Source of the DNA: Desulfatiglandales bacterium
GTDB taxonomy: Bacteria > Desulfobacterota > DSM-4660 > Desulfatiglandales > Desulfatiglandaceae
Direction: 5' to 3'
Assembly (NCBI GenBank): GCA_963666345.1
Contig: OY762721.1
Coordinates: forward strand, 3,712,001 to 3,776,000
DNA length: 64,000 nt
Shown here: piece by piece, positions 50,786 to 60,107 of the stretch
How positions within the stretch are numbered: position 1 is the stretch's first letter
How the letters are laid out: each line of letters starts with the position of its first letter
Translations under genes and position numbers: made by a program
The notes under the pieces: model-generated
What the model was told of the DNA's origin: nothing
Databases searched by the model: none
What the model saw: only the letters and a program-made list of their open reading frames with translations

Positions 50786-51415
50786 ATGGGCCGAGTGATT
50801 AATATCGGCTCCTCAGCCGATTTCACAGGGGCGATCGAACGTGCCGGGGATGTACTTCGTAAAGGCGGGCTTGTGGCATACCCTACTGAGTCGTTTTACG
50901 GGCTGGCAGCCGATGCAACAAATTCAGAGGCAGTAGAAAGGCTCTTCGCAGTCAAAAAAAGGGGAACCGACCGGCCTGTCCTGATCCTTATACCTTCCGC
51001 TGATCTGCTTGAAAGATACGTAACCGATATCCCCGACGTGGCGGCCGGATTGATCGAGAGATTCTGGCCCGGAGGTCTGACCCTGGTCTTTTCGGCCGGA
51101 AGAGAAGTCCTGCAGGTTCTTACGGCAGGGACCGGCAGGATAGGGATAAGGCTTTCAAGCCATCCTGTGGCAACGGCCCTTGCCGGCAGCCTGGGGGCGC
51201 CTATCACGGGCACCAGTGCCAATATATCCGGTTCACCTTCATGCAGCAGCGCGGAGGAGGTTGCCCTGTGTCTTGAGGATAAGGTGGATCTGATCCTGGA
51301 CGGAGGAAAGACCGAAGGAAAGACGGGATCGACCGTCCTTGATGTGACCGTGAGTCCTCCCCTGATACTTCGAGAGGGAATGGTGATGCGTGAACATCTG
51401 GAGGATTTTTTGTAA
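50786..51415 (+). CDS. tsaC: L-threonylcarbamoyladenylate synthase (Sua5/YrdC/TsaC)
   Basis: AYPTESFYGL, K.R, FWPGGLT, TSANISG, STVLD. Confidence 0.92.
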   Translation: MGRVINIGSSADFTGAIERAGDVLRKGGLVAYPTESFYGLAADATNSEAVERLFAVKKRGTDRPVLILIPSADLLERYVTDIPDVAAGLIERFWPGGLTLVFSAGREVLQVLTAGTGRIGIRLSSHPVATALAGSLGAPITGTSANISGSPSCSSAEEVALCLEDKVDLILDGGKTEGKTGSTVLDVTVSPPLILREGMVMREHLEDFL

Positions 51416-51558
51416 TCGGATTTCCCCTGCCGCTGAGATCCTGGTTTCAGAGATGCCTCGGCTCATCCTCAGCGGCACCTGTATCCCCTGATCTCCTGTC
51501 GGGGCAGGTCCGGGGTTCCGATGTTTAGATTTTTCAAGTTGAATTCAAAGAGGTAGCG

Positions 51559-54500
51559 ATGTCATATAAGTATTTTTTGAGATACTGTTTTGTCCTTTTT
51601 TTTCTTTTTTTATGTGTTCCCGCCCCCTGTCGGGCAGAGAGCGCTTCAGAGGATTTCAGGCTCGATGTAAAGGATTTTACACTTGATAACGGCATGCTTT
51701 TTTTGGTTGTGGAGCGCCACACCACCCCCCAGATCGGGTGCCGGGTAGCCATACGAGCGGGTTCGGCCCTGGAGGAATCGGGAAAGACCGGGATCGCGCA
51801 CCTTTTGGAGCATATGATGTTCAAGGGTACGAAAAATTTCGGCACCCTTGACCCTGAAAGGGATCAGGAGCTTCAGCGTGATATCGAGGCTGCATATCAG
51901 ACCATCCTGGCCGAAGAGACCAGGCGTGACCCTGACAGGAATCTTATCGGGAAAAAGCTTGATGAAATGGCCCGGCTCCGCAAGGAGGTGCAGGAGATAT
52001 ATGTTCCCCAGGCCTTTTCCTCCCATCTTGAAAGAAACGGCGCCTTCGGGGTCAATGCCTTTACAAGCAAGGATCAGACTCAATTCACCATGTCTGTCCC
52101 CTCCGACATGATAGAGCAGTGGTTTTCAAGCGTGAGCGAACAGCTCTTCGAGCCCTCCTGGAGGGAATTCTATGTGGAAAAGGAGGTGGTTCAAAGGGAG
52201 TGGGCCTTCAGGTATATCAACAACCCGGCGGGTGCCGCATGGCTTGACCTGAGCGCGACCGCATACAGGGCTCATCCTTATCGTAATCCGACCATAGGGT
52301 GGAGATCCGATATGGCCGGGTACAATACCACCGATGCGGCCGGATTTCATTCCAGATATTACAATCCGGCCAACGCGGTCTGTGTCCTGGTAGGCGACCT
52401 TACCGTGGATCAGGCAAGGCCCCTGGCGGAGATCTATTTCGGCAGATATCCGCACGGCAGAAGGGCGCCAGAGAAAGTTACGGCCGAACCCGCGCAGGAG
52501 GGGGTCAGAAGGAGCATAAGGTATCTGAAGGGTGCTCGCACCCCTGAGGTGAGGATAGGTTTCCATGCGGCCGGCATGGGGACAAAGGACTTCTACGCCC
52601 TGGACGCCTTGACCATGGTCCTGAGCCAGGGCCGCAGTTCAAGGATCGAGAGCGGTATCCTGAACAAGGGGCTTGCCTCCTCGGCCTGGGCCTACAACCC
52701 GGACAACCGTTATGGGGGGATGTTCATACTGGGAGGCTCGCCCAACGAACCTGAGGCGCTGAAAAAACAGGGGCTCAATGAACAAGAAAAGAAAACGGCC
52801 TATGTCAGGGCCTGTGAGGAATTTGAAGAGATCCTTCTGAACGTTGCAAAAGATATCAGGGATAATCCTGTTACCGATCGGGAACTTTCAAGGATTAAAA
52901 AACTCAATGAGCTTGATTTTATTGAAAACATGCGAAGCAACGAGACATTGGCCGGAATACTGGCCACCCTTGAGGTTCAGGCAGGGTGGCGATACCTGAA
53001 CGGATATCTTGAAGAGATGAAAAAGATTACTCCCCGTGACATAGGGAGGGCCGCGGAAAAGTATATCCGCAGAGATAATATGACGGTGGTCTATGTCATC
53101 CCGGGGGGCAGACCGGAAAAAGCCCCTGAAAAATATGAAGAGATCAGGACCGCAACAGGTTCTGCCGCAAAAAGGCTTTCAAGGCCTGAAAACTTCGAGA
53201 ACAGGTCAATCTATCCTACGCCGTCAGGCTGGAGACACCCCCTTTCTTTTGAGAGAAGACCTGACAAAATAGAATACCCAAAGGCGGATTCATTTGATAT
53301 TTCGGGCGCCAGGATTTTTTATCTGCCGGACAAGGAACTCCCCCTGGTGGACATGACATTCCTGATAAAGGCGGGAAGTGTGGATGTCAAGGAGGCCAAA
53401 ACCGGCCTGACCGGACTGCTTGAGCAGTGTATGATCAGGGGGGGAACAGAGGATTACAGCCCCGGTGAGTTTGCAGCTGCCCTTGATGCGCACGCGGTGG
53501 ACCTTTCCTTTACGGTAGATGAAGAGGTAACGACCCTGCGGTTCACGGCGCTCAAAAAGGAGTGGAAAAAAGGGCTTGAACTCCTGGGAGGCCTGATTTC
53601 AAGACCTGCCTTTGACGCGGATCTGCTCGATGTCGTAAAATCTCAGGCCGTAATGAGTCTCAAGAGACAGGGCGGAGATGCGGAGGCCGTGTCGGCGCGA
53701 GAGAGGGATTCCTGGCATTTCAGGGGACACCCGTACGGCAGGGATCCCCTGGACGGCATAGAAAGCATCCCCGATATTACCAGGGCGGATCTCAAAGGGT
53801 TCCACGAAAGATACTTCGTGCCTTCAAACATGGTCATCGCCGTATCGGGCGACATCGACAAGGCGGATTTGAGCAAAGAGCTTGAAGGATTATTGTCGGG
53901 CCTTCCGAAAAGACGGGCACCCTTGAGAAAACTGGATGAACCGGAGGATACTCCTCCCGTGCTTGCATTCATAGATAAGCCGGGGCAGGTTCAGTCACAG
54001 GTCAGGTTTGTCCTTCCGAGTGTCAAAAGGACTGATCCCGATTACTGGAAAATAAATCTCCTGGCCGATATATTCGGCGGAAGCGATTCTCTCCTTTATA
54101 CCAGGCTGCGCGATGATCTGGGCCTGGTCTATTCCTCATGGTTTTATCAGACCTATAAGTGGAAGGCGGGAATCCTGGCAGGTTATATGGGCTGTAAGGG
54201 AGACAAGACCTCACAGGCCATAGAGGAGACGGTTCGGATAATGAGGTCTCTGAGAAAAGAGGTCCCCGCGGACGCGGTTGAACAGAAGCGGCTCGACGCG
54301 TTAAACAGCTTTGTCTTTAATGTGGACAGTCCTGAAAGGCTTGTGGAGGCCTATGCAAAGTATCATATGAGAAAGGAGCCGCTTGATACGCTCGGGAGGA
54401 TTCAGGATTCCTTTTTAAGTGCCGAGCCTGAAGAGCTGAAGGAGCTGGCGCAACGTTTTCTGAATCCGGATCGACTTCAGATCTTTATCGTGGCGGATGG

Positions 54501-54609
54501 AAATATCCCGATCAAAAGGCAGGCGCATGAAAAGACAACCCTCAGACAGGATCTTGTCGCCCTTTCAAGTGAGCTGGGCCTGCCTTTTAGGGAACTGGCG
54601 CTGAGATAA
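51559..54609 (+). CDS. M16-family zinc peptidase (single chain, exported)
   Basis: Signal peptide, GIAHLLEHMMFKGT (HxxEH), NAFTSKDQT, second inactive M16 half (HPYGR, LRDDLGLVYS). Confidence 0.9.
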   Translation: MSYKYFLRYCFVLFFLFLCVPAPCRAESASEDFRLDVKDFTLDNGMLFLVVERHTTPQIGCRVAIRAGSALEESGKTGIAHLLEHMMFKGTKNFGTLDPERDQELQRDIEAAYQTILAEETRRDPDRNLIGKKLDEMARLRKEVQEIYVPQAFSSHLERNGAFGVNAFTSKDQTQFTMSVPSDMIEQWFSSVSEQLFEPSWREFYVEKEVVQREWAFRYINNPAGAAWLDLSATAYRAHPYRNPTIGWRSDMAGYNTTDAAGFHSRYYNPANAVCVLVGDLTVDQARPLAEIYFGRYPHGRRAPEKVTAEPAQEGVRRSIRYLKGARTPEVRIGFHAAGMGTKDFYALDALTMVLSQGRSSRIESGILNKGLASSAWAYNPDNRYGGMFILGGSPNEPEALKKQGLNEQEKKTAYVRACEEFEEILLNVAKDIRDNPVTDRELSRIKKLNELDFIENMRSNETLAGILATLEVQAGWRYLNGYLEEMKKITPRDIGRAAEKYIRRDNMTVVYVIPGGRPEKAPEKYEEIRTATGSAAKRLSRPENFENRSIYPTPSGWRHPLSFERRPDKIEYPKADSFDISGARIFYLPDKELPLVDMTFLIKAGSVDVKEAKTGLTGLLEQCMIRGGTEDYSPGEFAAALDAHAVDLSFTVDEEVTTLRFTALKKEWKKGLELLGGLISRPAFDADLLDVVKSQAVMSLKRQGGDAEAVSARERDSWHFRGHPYGRDPLDGIESIPDITRADLKGFHERYFVPSNMVIAVSGDIDKADLSKELEGLLSGLPKRRAPLRKLDEPEDTPPVLAFIDKPGQVQSQVRFVLPSVKRTDPDYWKINLLADIFGGSDSLLYTRLRDDLGLVYSSWFYQTYKWKAGILAGYMGCKGDKTSQAIEETVRIMRSLRKEVPADAVEQKRLDALNSFVFNVDSPERLVEAYAKYHMRKEPLDTLGRIQDSFLSAEPEELKELAQRFLNPDRLQIFIVADGNIPIKRQAHEKTTLRQDLVALSSELGLPFRELALR

Positions 54610-54660
54610 TACACCCTTAGAGGAACAGGTCGAAGGAGCGGATTCAAGGGCAGCAGGGGT

Positions 54661-55470
54661 ATGCAGGAAAAAAAGGTGAACCGGAAAGTTGCGGAACGAA
54701 ACCGAATGCTCGGGACAAAAGCGGTTATTTTTATTCTCTTCATCTTTTCTCTGATGAGTGCGTCCGGGTGCGGCAAAAAGGCCTATGTGCGGCTCCCGCC
54801 CCCTGAAAGACATGTAACGGCGGTTTCAAGGACAGGTTATTCGATCCAGGCGGGGGCCTTTTCAGATCTGCAGAACGCGGTCAGGCTTGTGATGTCTCTC
54901 AAGGAAAAGGGCATAGACGCCTACTATTTCATGCATGGCTCGGGACTCTATAAGGTAAGATTCGGGGATTTCGCGGGAAGGGAAAAGGCCTTGAAAAAGG
55001 CTGCCGATCTTAAGGACATGGGTGTCATATCAGCCTTCTTCATCGTGTCGCCGAACGATTACGCGGCCTCCGAAACAAAGGGGTTCAGCGAAGGCCGCCT
55101 CAGGCGGGAGCTGGTCAGGACGGCGGAAAGCTTTATCGGCATCCCATACAGGTGGGGAGGTTCATCCATGTCCGGAGGGTTTGACTGCAGCGGGCTTACA
55201 TCGGCGGTATATCACCTCAACGGGCTTTCCCTTCCCAGGACGAGCCGCGAGCAGTACGGCAGGGGGGCGGCGATAAAAAGGAGGGAACTGAAAAAGGGGG
55301 ATCTTGTATTCTTTGCGACCGGATCGGGTAAAAAGGTGTCTCATGTGGGCATATATACCGGAAAAGACAGCTTCATACATGCGCCGGGCAGGAACAAGGA
55401 TATAAGGCAGGACCGGATCTCCAGCGCCTATTTCAGTAAAAGGTATGTGGGGGCAAGGAGATACATTTAG
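54661..55470 (+). CDS. SPOR-domain + NlpC/P60 cell-wall hydrolase, probable lipoprotein
   Basis: ASGC lipobox-like, IQAGAF...LYKVRFG SPOR, GIPYRWGG, FDCSGL, HVGIY, FIHAP. Confidence 0.9.
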   Translation: MQEKKVNRKVAERNRMLGTKAVIFILFIFSLMSASGCGKKAYVRLPPPERHVTAVSRTGYSIQAGAFSDLQNAVRLVMSLKEKGIDAYYFMHGSGLYKVRFGDFAGREKALKKAADLKDMGVISAFFIVSPNDYAASETKGFSEGRLRRELVRTAESFIGIPYRWGGSSMSGGFDCSGLTSAVYHLNGLSLPRTSREQYGRGAAIKRRELKKGDLVFFATGSGKKVSHVGIYTGKDSFIHAPGRNKDIRQDRISSAYFSKRYVGARRYI

Positions 55471-55627
55471 ACGGGTGCTGCGGGAAAAGTGCCTGTAAAT
55501 CGGAGCGGATAGAGCTACCGGAATTAAAGGCGCGTGAATGTACGGGGTCGCAATCCGTCCCCGTTAAGGGGAAAACGAACGCCCCGCCCTTACAGGGCCG
55601 GGATCTTTTGCTTTCGGGGTGAGTTCC

Positions 55628-56587
55628 ATGATTGAACAGGTAAGAGCGGCTGTCGAAAGACTCAAGGGTAAGGCCCATGTAACCCCTGTTATGACGTCAA
55701 AGACGCTTGACATGATGACCGGGTGCGAGGTGTTCCTCAAGTGCGAGAACTATCAGAGGATGGGCGCCTTTAAATTCCGCGGGGCCTACAATGCCATGAG
55801 CAGGCTTTCGGAAAAGGAAAGGGGCAGGGGGGTGATTACCCACTCATCAGGCAACCATGCCCAGGCGGTGGCCCTGGTGGGAAAGATACTCGGCATAAAG
55901 ACCACGGTGGTCATGCCTGTGGACGCGCCTTTGATAAAACGCTCGGCAACAGAGGGTTACGGGGCAGCAGTCGTCGAATATGACCCTGAAAAGGCCACAC
56001 GCGAGGAGATATCGGAGAGCCTTGGAAAAGAAAAGGGTCTCACCCTGATTCCCCCATATGATCACATAGACGTGGTAGCGGGACAGGGCACCTCGTCTTT
56101 TGAACTGTGGGAAGAGGTTAAAAGGCTCGATACTCTCCTTGTCCCCTGCGGAGGGGGAGGCCTTCTGAGCGGTTGTGCCATAGCCTCAAAGGCCTTTGAT
56201 CCTTCATGCCGGGTAATGGGAATAGAGCCTGAATGCGCAAACGACGCGACCCTCTCATTCCGCTCCGGCGTGCTTCACACAGTCAAAAACCCACCCACCA
56301 TAGCAGACGGGACCAGAACCCCTTCCCTCGGCAAGCTGACATTTCCCCTTGTGATGGAGTATGTGGACGCGATGGAGACGGTCTCTGAGCAGTCCATTAT
56401 GGAGGCGGTGAGGTTTCTTTTCTTCAGGATGAAGATGGTTGTGGAGCCCTCGGGCGCGCTCGGTGTGGCAGCTCTTCTGAGCGGCCGGGTAAAAGAGGCC
56501 GGGAGAGCGGGCGTGATAATAAGCGGAGGCAATATCGACGGGCCGACCATGACAAGGATACTTAAAGGCGATGGCGCGCAAGGTTGA
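55628..56587 (+). CDS. PLP-dependent serine/threonine dehydratase family (hydroxyaspartate ammonia-lyase/serine racemase-like)
   Basis: KCENYQRMGAFKFRGA, SSGNHAQ, GGGGLLSG, EPSGA, ISGGN; no ACT domain. Confidence 0.88.
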   Translation: MIEQVRAAVERLKGKAHVTPVMTSKTLDMMTGCEVFLKCENYQRMGAFKFRGAYNAMSRLSEKERGRGVITHSSGNHAQAVALVGKILGIKTTVVMPVDAPLIKRSATEGYGAAVVEYDPEKATREEISESLGKEKGLTLIPPYDHIDVVAGQGTSSFELWEEVKRLDTLLVPCGGGGLLSGCAIASKAFDPSCRVMGIEPECANDATLSFRSGVLHTVKNPPTIADGTRTPSLGKLTFPLVMEYVDAMETVSEQSIMEAVRFLFFRMKMVVEPSGALGVAALLSGRVKEAGRAGVIISGGNIDGPTMTRILKGDGAQG

Positions 56588-57224
56588 AAACATAATAAAA
56601 CTGCCCAAAGACAGGGTCAGGATACTGTTCGAAGACGGCCTTTCCCTGACGGTTAGAGAGGAGGCGGCATCGGGGATCATAAAGGGTGATGAGTTGAGCA
56701 GGGAAACAGGGGAGGTCCTGAGAATTGAGCAGGAACTGCTGGATGCGTGGGACAGGGCCCTCGGGTTTATAAAATTCAGGCCGAGGAGCAGCCGTGAGGT
56801 CGTTAATTATCTGAGGGGCAGGAAATACCCGGAACATGTGATCGATCAAACGGTTGAAAGACTGTCAAACGATAAAATCCTGGATGATGAGGCCTTTGCC
56901 CGTTACTGGGTCAATAACAGGGAGCTTTTCAAACCAAGGGGTATCCACGGCCTCAGGTGGGAACTTAAACAGAAGGGTATACCGGATGCTTTTATAGAAG
57001 GGGCCCTTTCCCTGGTCGATGAAGAGGCCTCAGCCTGGTCGGCGGTTGAGTCCCGCCTGAAGGTGTGGAAAAGACTTGAAAAGATGGTTTTCAAGAAAAA
57101 GATGGTCTCCTTTCTCATGCGCAGGGGGTTCAGCTATGAGATCTCGGCTGCGACCTTCAACAGGGCGTGGACCTCCGTAAACGACCGGCCGGAGTCGGGC
57201 ATTGATCCTCCGGCATTTGATTGA
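56571..57224 (+). CDS. recX: RecX-family regulatory protein
   Basis: RPRSSREV..YL, LDDEAFA..WV, ELKQKGI, FLMRRGFS. Confidence 0.88.
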   Translation: MARKVENIIKLPKDRVRILFEDGLSLTVREEAASGIIKGDELSRETGEVLRIEQELLDAWDRALGFIKFRPRSSREVVNYLRGRKYPEHVIDQTVERLSNDKILDDEAFARYWVNNRELFKPRGIHGLRWELKQKGIPDAFIEGALSLVDEEASAWSAVESRLKVWKRLEKMVFKKKMVSFLMRRGFSYEISAATFNRAWTSVNDRPESGIDPPAFD

Positions 57225-57237
57225 TTATGAATTTGTC

Positions 57238-57852
57238 ATGAACAGAGCCTTCAAAATATCCCTGCTTGTTTTTGCTGTTCTGTTTGCAGCCTTAATGCTT
57301 CGGCCCTCATCTCCTTCCATAAGAAACAGTGAGCCTGAAGGCGAAAACATCATATGCTTCGGAGACAGCCTTACATCCGGCACAGGCGCGTCTGACGGGA
57401 TGGATTATCCGTCCCAGCTTTCCCGGATGCTATCAATTCCGGTCATAAACGCGGGGGCTGCAGGGGATACCACGGGAAAGGCGTTATTAAGGCTTGAAAG
57501 GGATGTGCTTTCACGTTCCCCTAAGATAGTGCTTATTACCCTTGGGGGAAATGATCTCAAAAACAGGGTGCCGAAACAGGAGGCCTTTGAAAACCTCGGA
57601 AAAATCATTGAATCGATTCAGGAAAAAGGGGCGCTCGTTGTGGTGGGGGGGCTGGATTTCAAGATGTACGGCAGGGGATTCGGCGAGCAGTACCGGAAGG
57701 TGGCAGAAGAGACAGGTTCGGTGCTGATAGAAAACGTATTTGAGGGGATAATGGGTGAAAAGGCCTTAATGAGCGATCCGATACATCCCAATGATAAGGG
57801 ATACACCGTAATGGCGGAAAGATTTAAAGAGGCGATTGAGCCGTATATCTGA
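57238..57852 (+). CDS. SGNH/GDSL arylesterase (TesA-like)
   Basis: FGDSLT, NAG..GDTT, LGGND, DPIHPN. Confidence 0.9.
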   Translation: MNRAFKISLLVFAVLFAALMLRPSSPSIRNSEPEGENIICFGDSLTSGTGASDGMDYPSQLSRMLSIPVINAGAAGDTTGKALLRLERDVLSRSPKIVLITLGGNDLKNRVPKQEAFENLGKIIESIQEKGALVVVGGLDFKMYGRGFGEQYRKVAEETGSVLIENVFEGIMGEKALMSDPIHPNDKGYTVMAERFKEAIEPYI

Positions 57853-57911
57853 GCCGTTACAGCCTGATAAATACATTATTTTTTACATTCAGACAGAGAA
57901 GGCGGAAAGAT

Positions 57912-58841
57912 ATGATAGTACAGGTATACGAAATACAGAAACCGGAAGAGGCTGAGCAGTGTATCGAAATCGGTGTTGATCATGTGGGCTCGGTTCTCCT
58001 GCATCAGGACGAATGGCGCCTGCCCGAGATAAGGGACCTGGTTAAGCTGTCATCAGGAACAGATGTTAAAAACAGCCTGATCCCCCTTTTCAGGCATGCC
58101 GACACCCTTTACAGATGCATTGACTATTACCGGCCCGATTATATCCATTTCTGCGAGAGCCTCACCGACGAAAAAGGGGGCAAACAGGACCTTGCGCCCT
58201 GGATCGACTATCAGCGGGAAATGAAAAAAAGGTTCCCTGAAGTCGGTATCATCCGTTCCATACCGATTCCTGAAAGCGGGGCAGGGGATGAATTTCCGAC
58301 CCTGGAGATAGCCGGGGCGCTTGAACATGTAAGCGATATCTTCCTTACCGATACCTGGCTTGGAAAAGAGCCTGTGGAGGGCTACATCGGGATCACAGGG
58401 AAGACATGCAATATTGACATGGCAAGGGAACTTGTGCGTGCAAGCGGCATCCCGGTAATCCTTGCAGGCGGGCTGGGTCCTGAAAATGTGTTTGACGCGG
58501 TCAGTGATGTGAAAAGCGCGGGCGCGGACAGCTGCACCGGGACGAATCTGCATGATGAAAAGGAGGGTTCACTCAGATTCAGAAAAGATTTTTCCAGGGT
58601 AAGGGAGTTTGTAGCCGAGATCAGGCGCGCCTCAGAGGCACTGGCTCAAGAAGAGAAAAGGCTTGCAAATGAACTCGGCCGGTTGAAGGATGAGCTGGAT
58701 GAAAGGGAAAGGGCGCTTCCTCCACACTCAGTTAAGCCTTACCAGTTGATCGCCATTGAAGAGCTTGAAGAAGAGGTGGATCTCAAGGAAAAGGAGTTGC
58801 TGAAACTCAAATGGGCAACGGGGAAATTTGAGCGCAGCTGA
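57912..58841 (+). CDS. Phosphoribosylanthranilate-isomerase-like TIM barrel with C-terminal coiled-coil extension
   Basis: GITGKTC, PVILAGGLGPENV..AV, GADSCTGT; tail ERERALPPHSVKPYQLIAIEELEEE. Confidence 0.7.
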   Translation: MIVQVYEIQKPEEAEQCIEIGVDHVGSVLLHQDEWRLPEIRDLVKLSSGTDVKNSLIPLFRHADTLYRCIDYYRPDYIHFCESLTDEKGGKQDLAPWIDYQREMKKRFPEVGIIRSIPIPESGAGDEFPTLEIAGALEHVSDIFLTDTWLGKEPVEGYIGITGKTCNIDMARELVRASGIPVILAGGLGPENVFDAVSDVKSAGADSCTGTNLHDEKEGSLRFRKDFSRVREFVAEIRRASEALAQEEKRLANELGRLKDELDERERALPPHSVKPYQLIAIEELEEEVDLKEKELLKLKWATGKFERS

Positions 58842-58928
58842 TATGTAAGGAATCGCCCCTCTTTCATGCCGGGCAATCAAATGGACGAGGCCTTTAAAGG
58901 AACCTGAGTTTACGGGAGAAGATGATAT

Positions 58929-59606
58929 ATGAAACTTTCCGGAAAGCTGTGGCATGCCAACCGCGACATTGCCGAGGCATGTCTGGCTCACCCCTTTATA
59001 AGGGGGCTGGCCGCGGGAGACCTTCCGCGTAGCTGTTTTTCCTATTATGTAAGCCAGGATTCCTTTTTCCTTAAGGCATTTGCCAGGGCCTATACCATTG
59101 CAGGCGCCAAATCGCCCGACTGGGAAGGCTTTTGCTCGCTGCACGGCCTGGCTGAAGGCGTGCTGGAAGAGCTCAGACTGCACGCCTCATACGCGGCCAG
59201 GTGGGGGGTGGAGATAGAGGATGTGGAACCTGAGGCCGCAACCAGGCGGTATACCGATTTTATCATGGCTGTTGCGTGGGGACACGACACGGGTATTACG
59301 GTAGCCGCTCTTAGTCCCTGCATGAGACTCTACTCCTTTCTGGGCCAACAGCTGGCAAAGGAAAATCCGCCTGAACATTCCTATTCCGACTGGATAAAGA
59401 CCTACAGCAGCCAGGACATAGAAGATCTTGCGGTCAGGCTTGAGGAGCTGACTGACCGTTACGCATCCGATACCCCTCTGCTGAGATCCACCTACAGATA
59501 CGCCATGGAATGTGAGCACGATTTTTTTCAGGCTGCCTGTGATATACCTGAAAACAAGGGCGGTGCCATAGAAAAATCCGGATCACCTCCAAAAGAGTTG
59601 ATCTAG
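58929..59606 (+). CDS. tenA: TenA-family aminopyrimidine aminohydrolase (thiamine salvage)
   Basis: HPFIRGL..G.L, YVSQDSFFL.AFARAY, PCMRLY, Y..WI.TYSS, E..FF. Confidence 0.88.
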   Translation: MKLSGKLWHANRDIAEACLAHPFIRGLAAGDLPRSCFSYYVSQDSFFLKAFARAYTIAGAKSPDWEGFCSLHGLAEGVLEELRLHASYAARWGVEIEDVEPEAATRRYTDFIMAVAWGHDTGITVAALSPCMRLYSFLGQQLAKENPPEHSYSDWIKTYSSQDIEDLAVRLEELTDRYASDTPLLRSTYRYAMECEHDFFQAACDIPENKGGAIEKSGSPPKELI

Positions 59607-60026
59607 ATGAAGGATTGGAGGGGGTGCAGGCTGGGAGGGTATCCGCACTTTGCGAATTTTCCGTATAACCGGTAATGAATAACACTGTACGACCAAATAG
59701 CTGTCGCTCCGGTGCCGGCACTCTTTCCCCGGCCTTCTCTATACCTTACGGAAAAGTGACCGTATCCCAGGGCTTTTACGGGCGCTACCTTGGCTGATAT
59801 GGCACCGTGGAACAAAGCCCGGTCTTGCGGCCACTGCTGCTGCCTGTGGTATTTTTTGTGAGATAAGACCGGGGGGAAAGGGCCCCGGCACCTCCGCTCG
59901 TTCGTAAGGCAACCAGAGATATTGGAAAACGGTCGGTTGCGTTTTCACGCGTTTTTCGCCAATTAAGCGGAGCAAAGAAACCGGGAACCCTTGGAGCCTT
60001 TCTCCCAATTAATCGGGAGAAGAATC
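59580..60026. mobile_element. Second MITE-family copy carrying the structured repeat unit
   Basis: Left end GGATCACCTCCAAAAGAGTTGATCTAGATGAAGGATT nearly identical to 5540; right end CCAATTAATCGGGAGAAGAATC; flanks AAAAATCC/AAAAACAG only partly duplicated. Confidence 0.7.
59706..59960. repeat. Diverged copy of the ~280-bp structured unit at 38947/39229
   Basis: Shared CCTTCTCTAT..CTTACGGAAAAGTGACC, GGGCTTTT...AAAGCCCGGTC, GCCTGTGGTATTTTTTGTGAGATAAG, GCCCCGGCACCT.CGCTCGTTCGTAAGGCAA. Confidence 0.88.
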
Positions 60027-60107
60027 AAAAACAGTAAACGCCGTTCAAGGCCGGTTTGCCCATAGCGGCGATTTTGAGATGAGGCGGGAAAACGGGGGTT
60101 TTGATCA

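Noticed and set aside
51428..51478. TGCCGCTGAG...CTCAGCGGCA inverted repeat after tsaC
   Set aside because: Single hairpin with no T tract, no second copy in the window and no riboswitch core
58842..58928. TPP riboswitch upstream of tenA
   Set aside because: Only GAACCTGA is present; the CTGAGA motif and P2/P3 stems are missing
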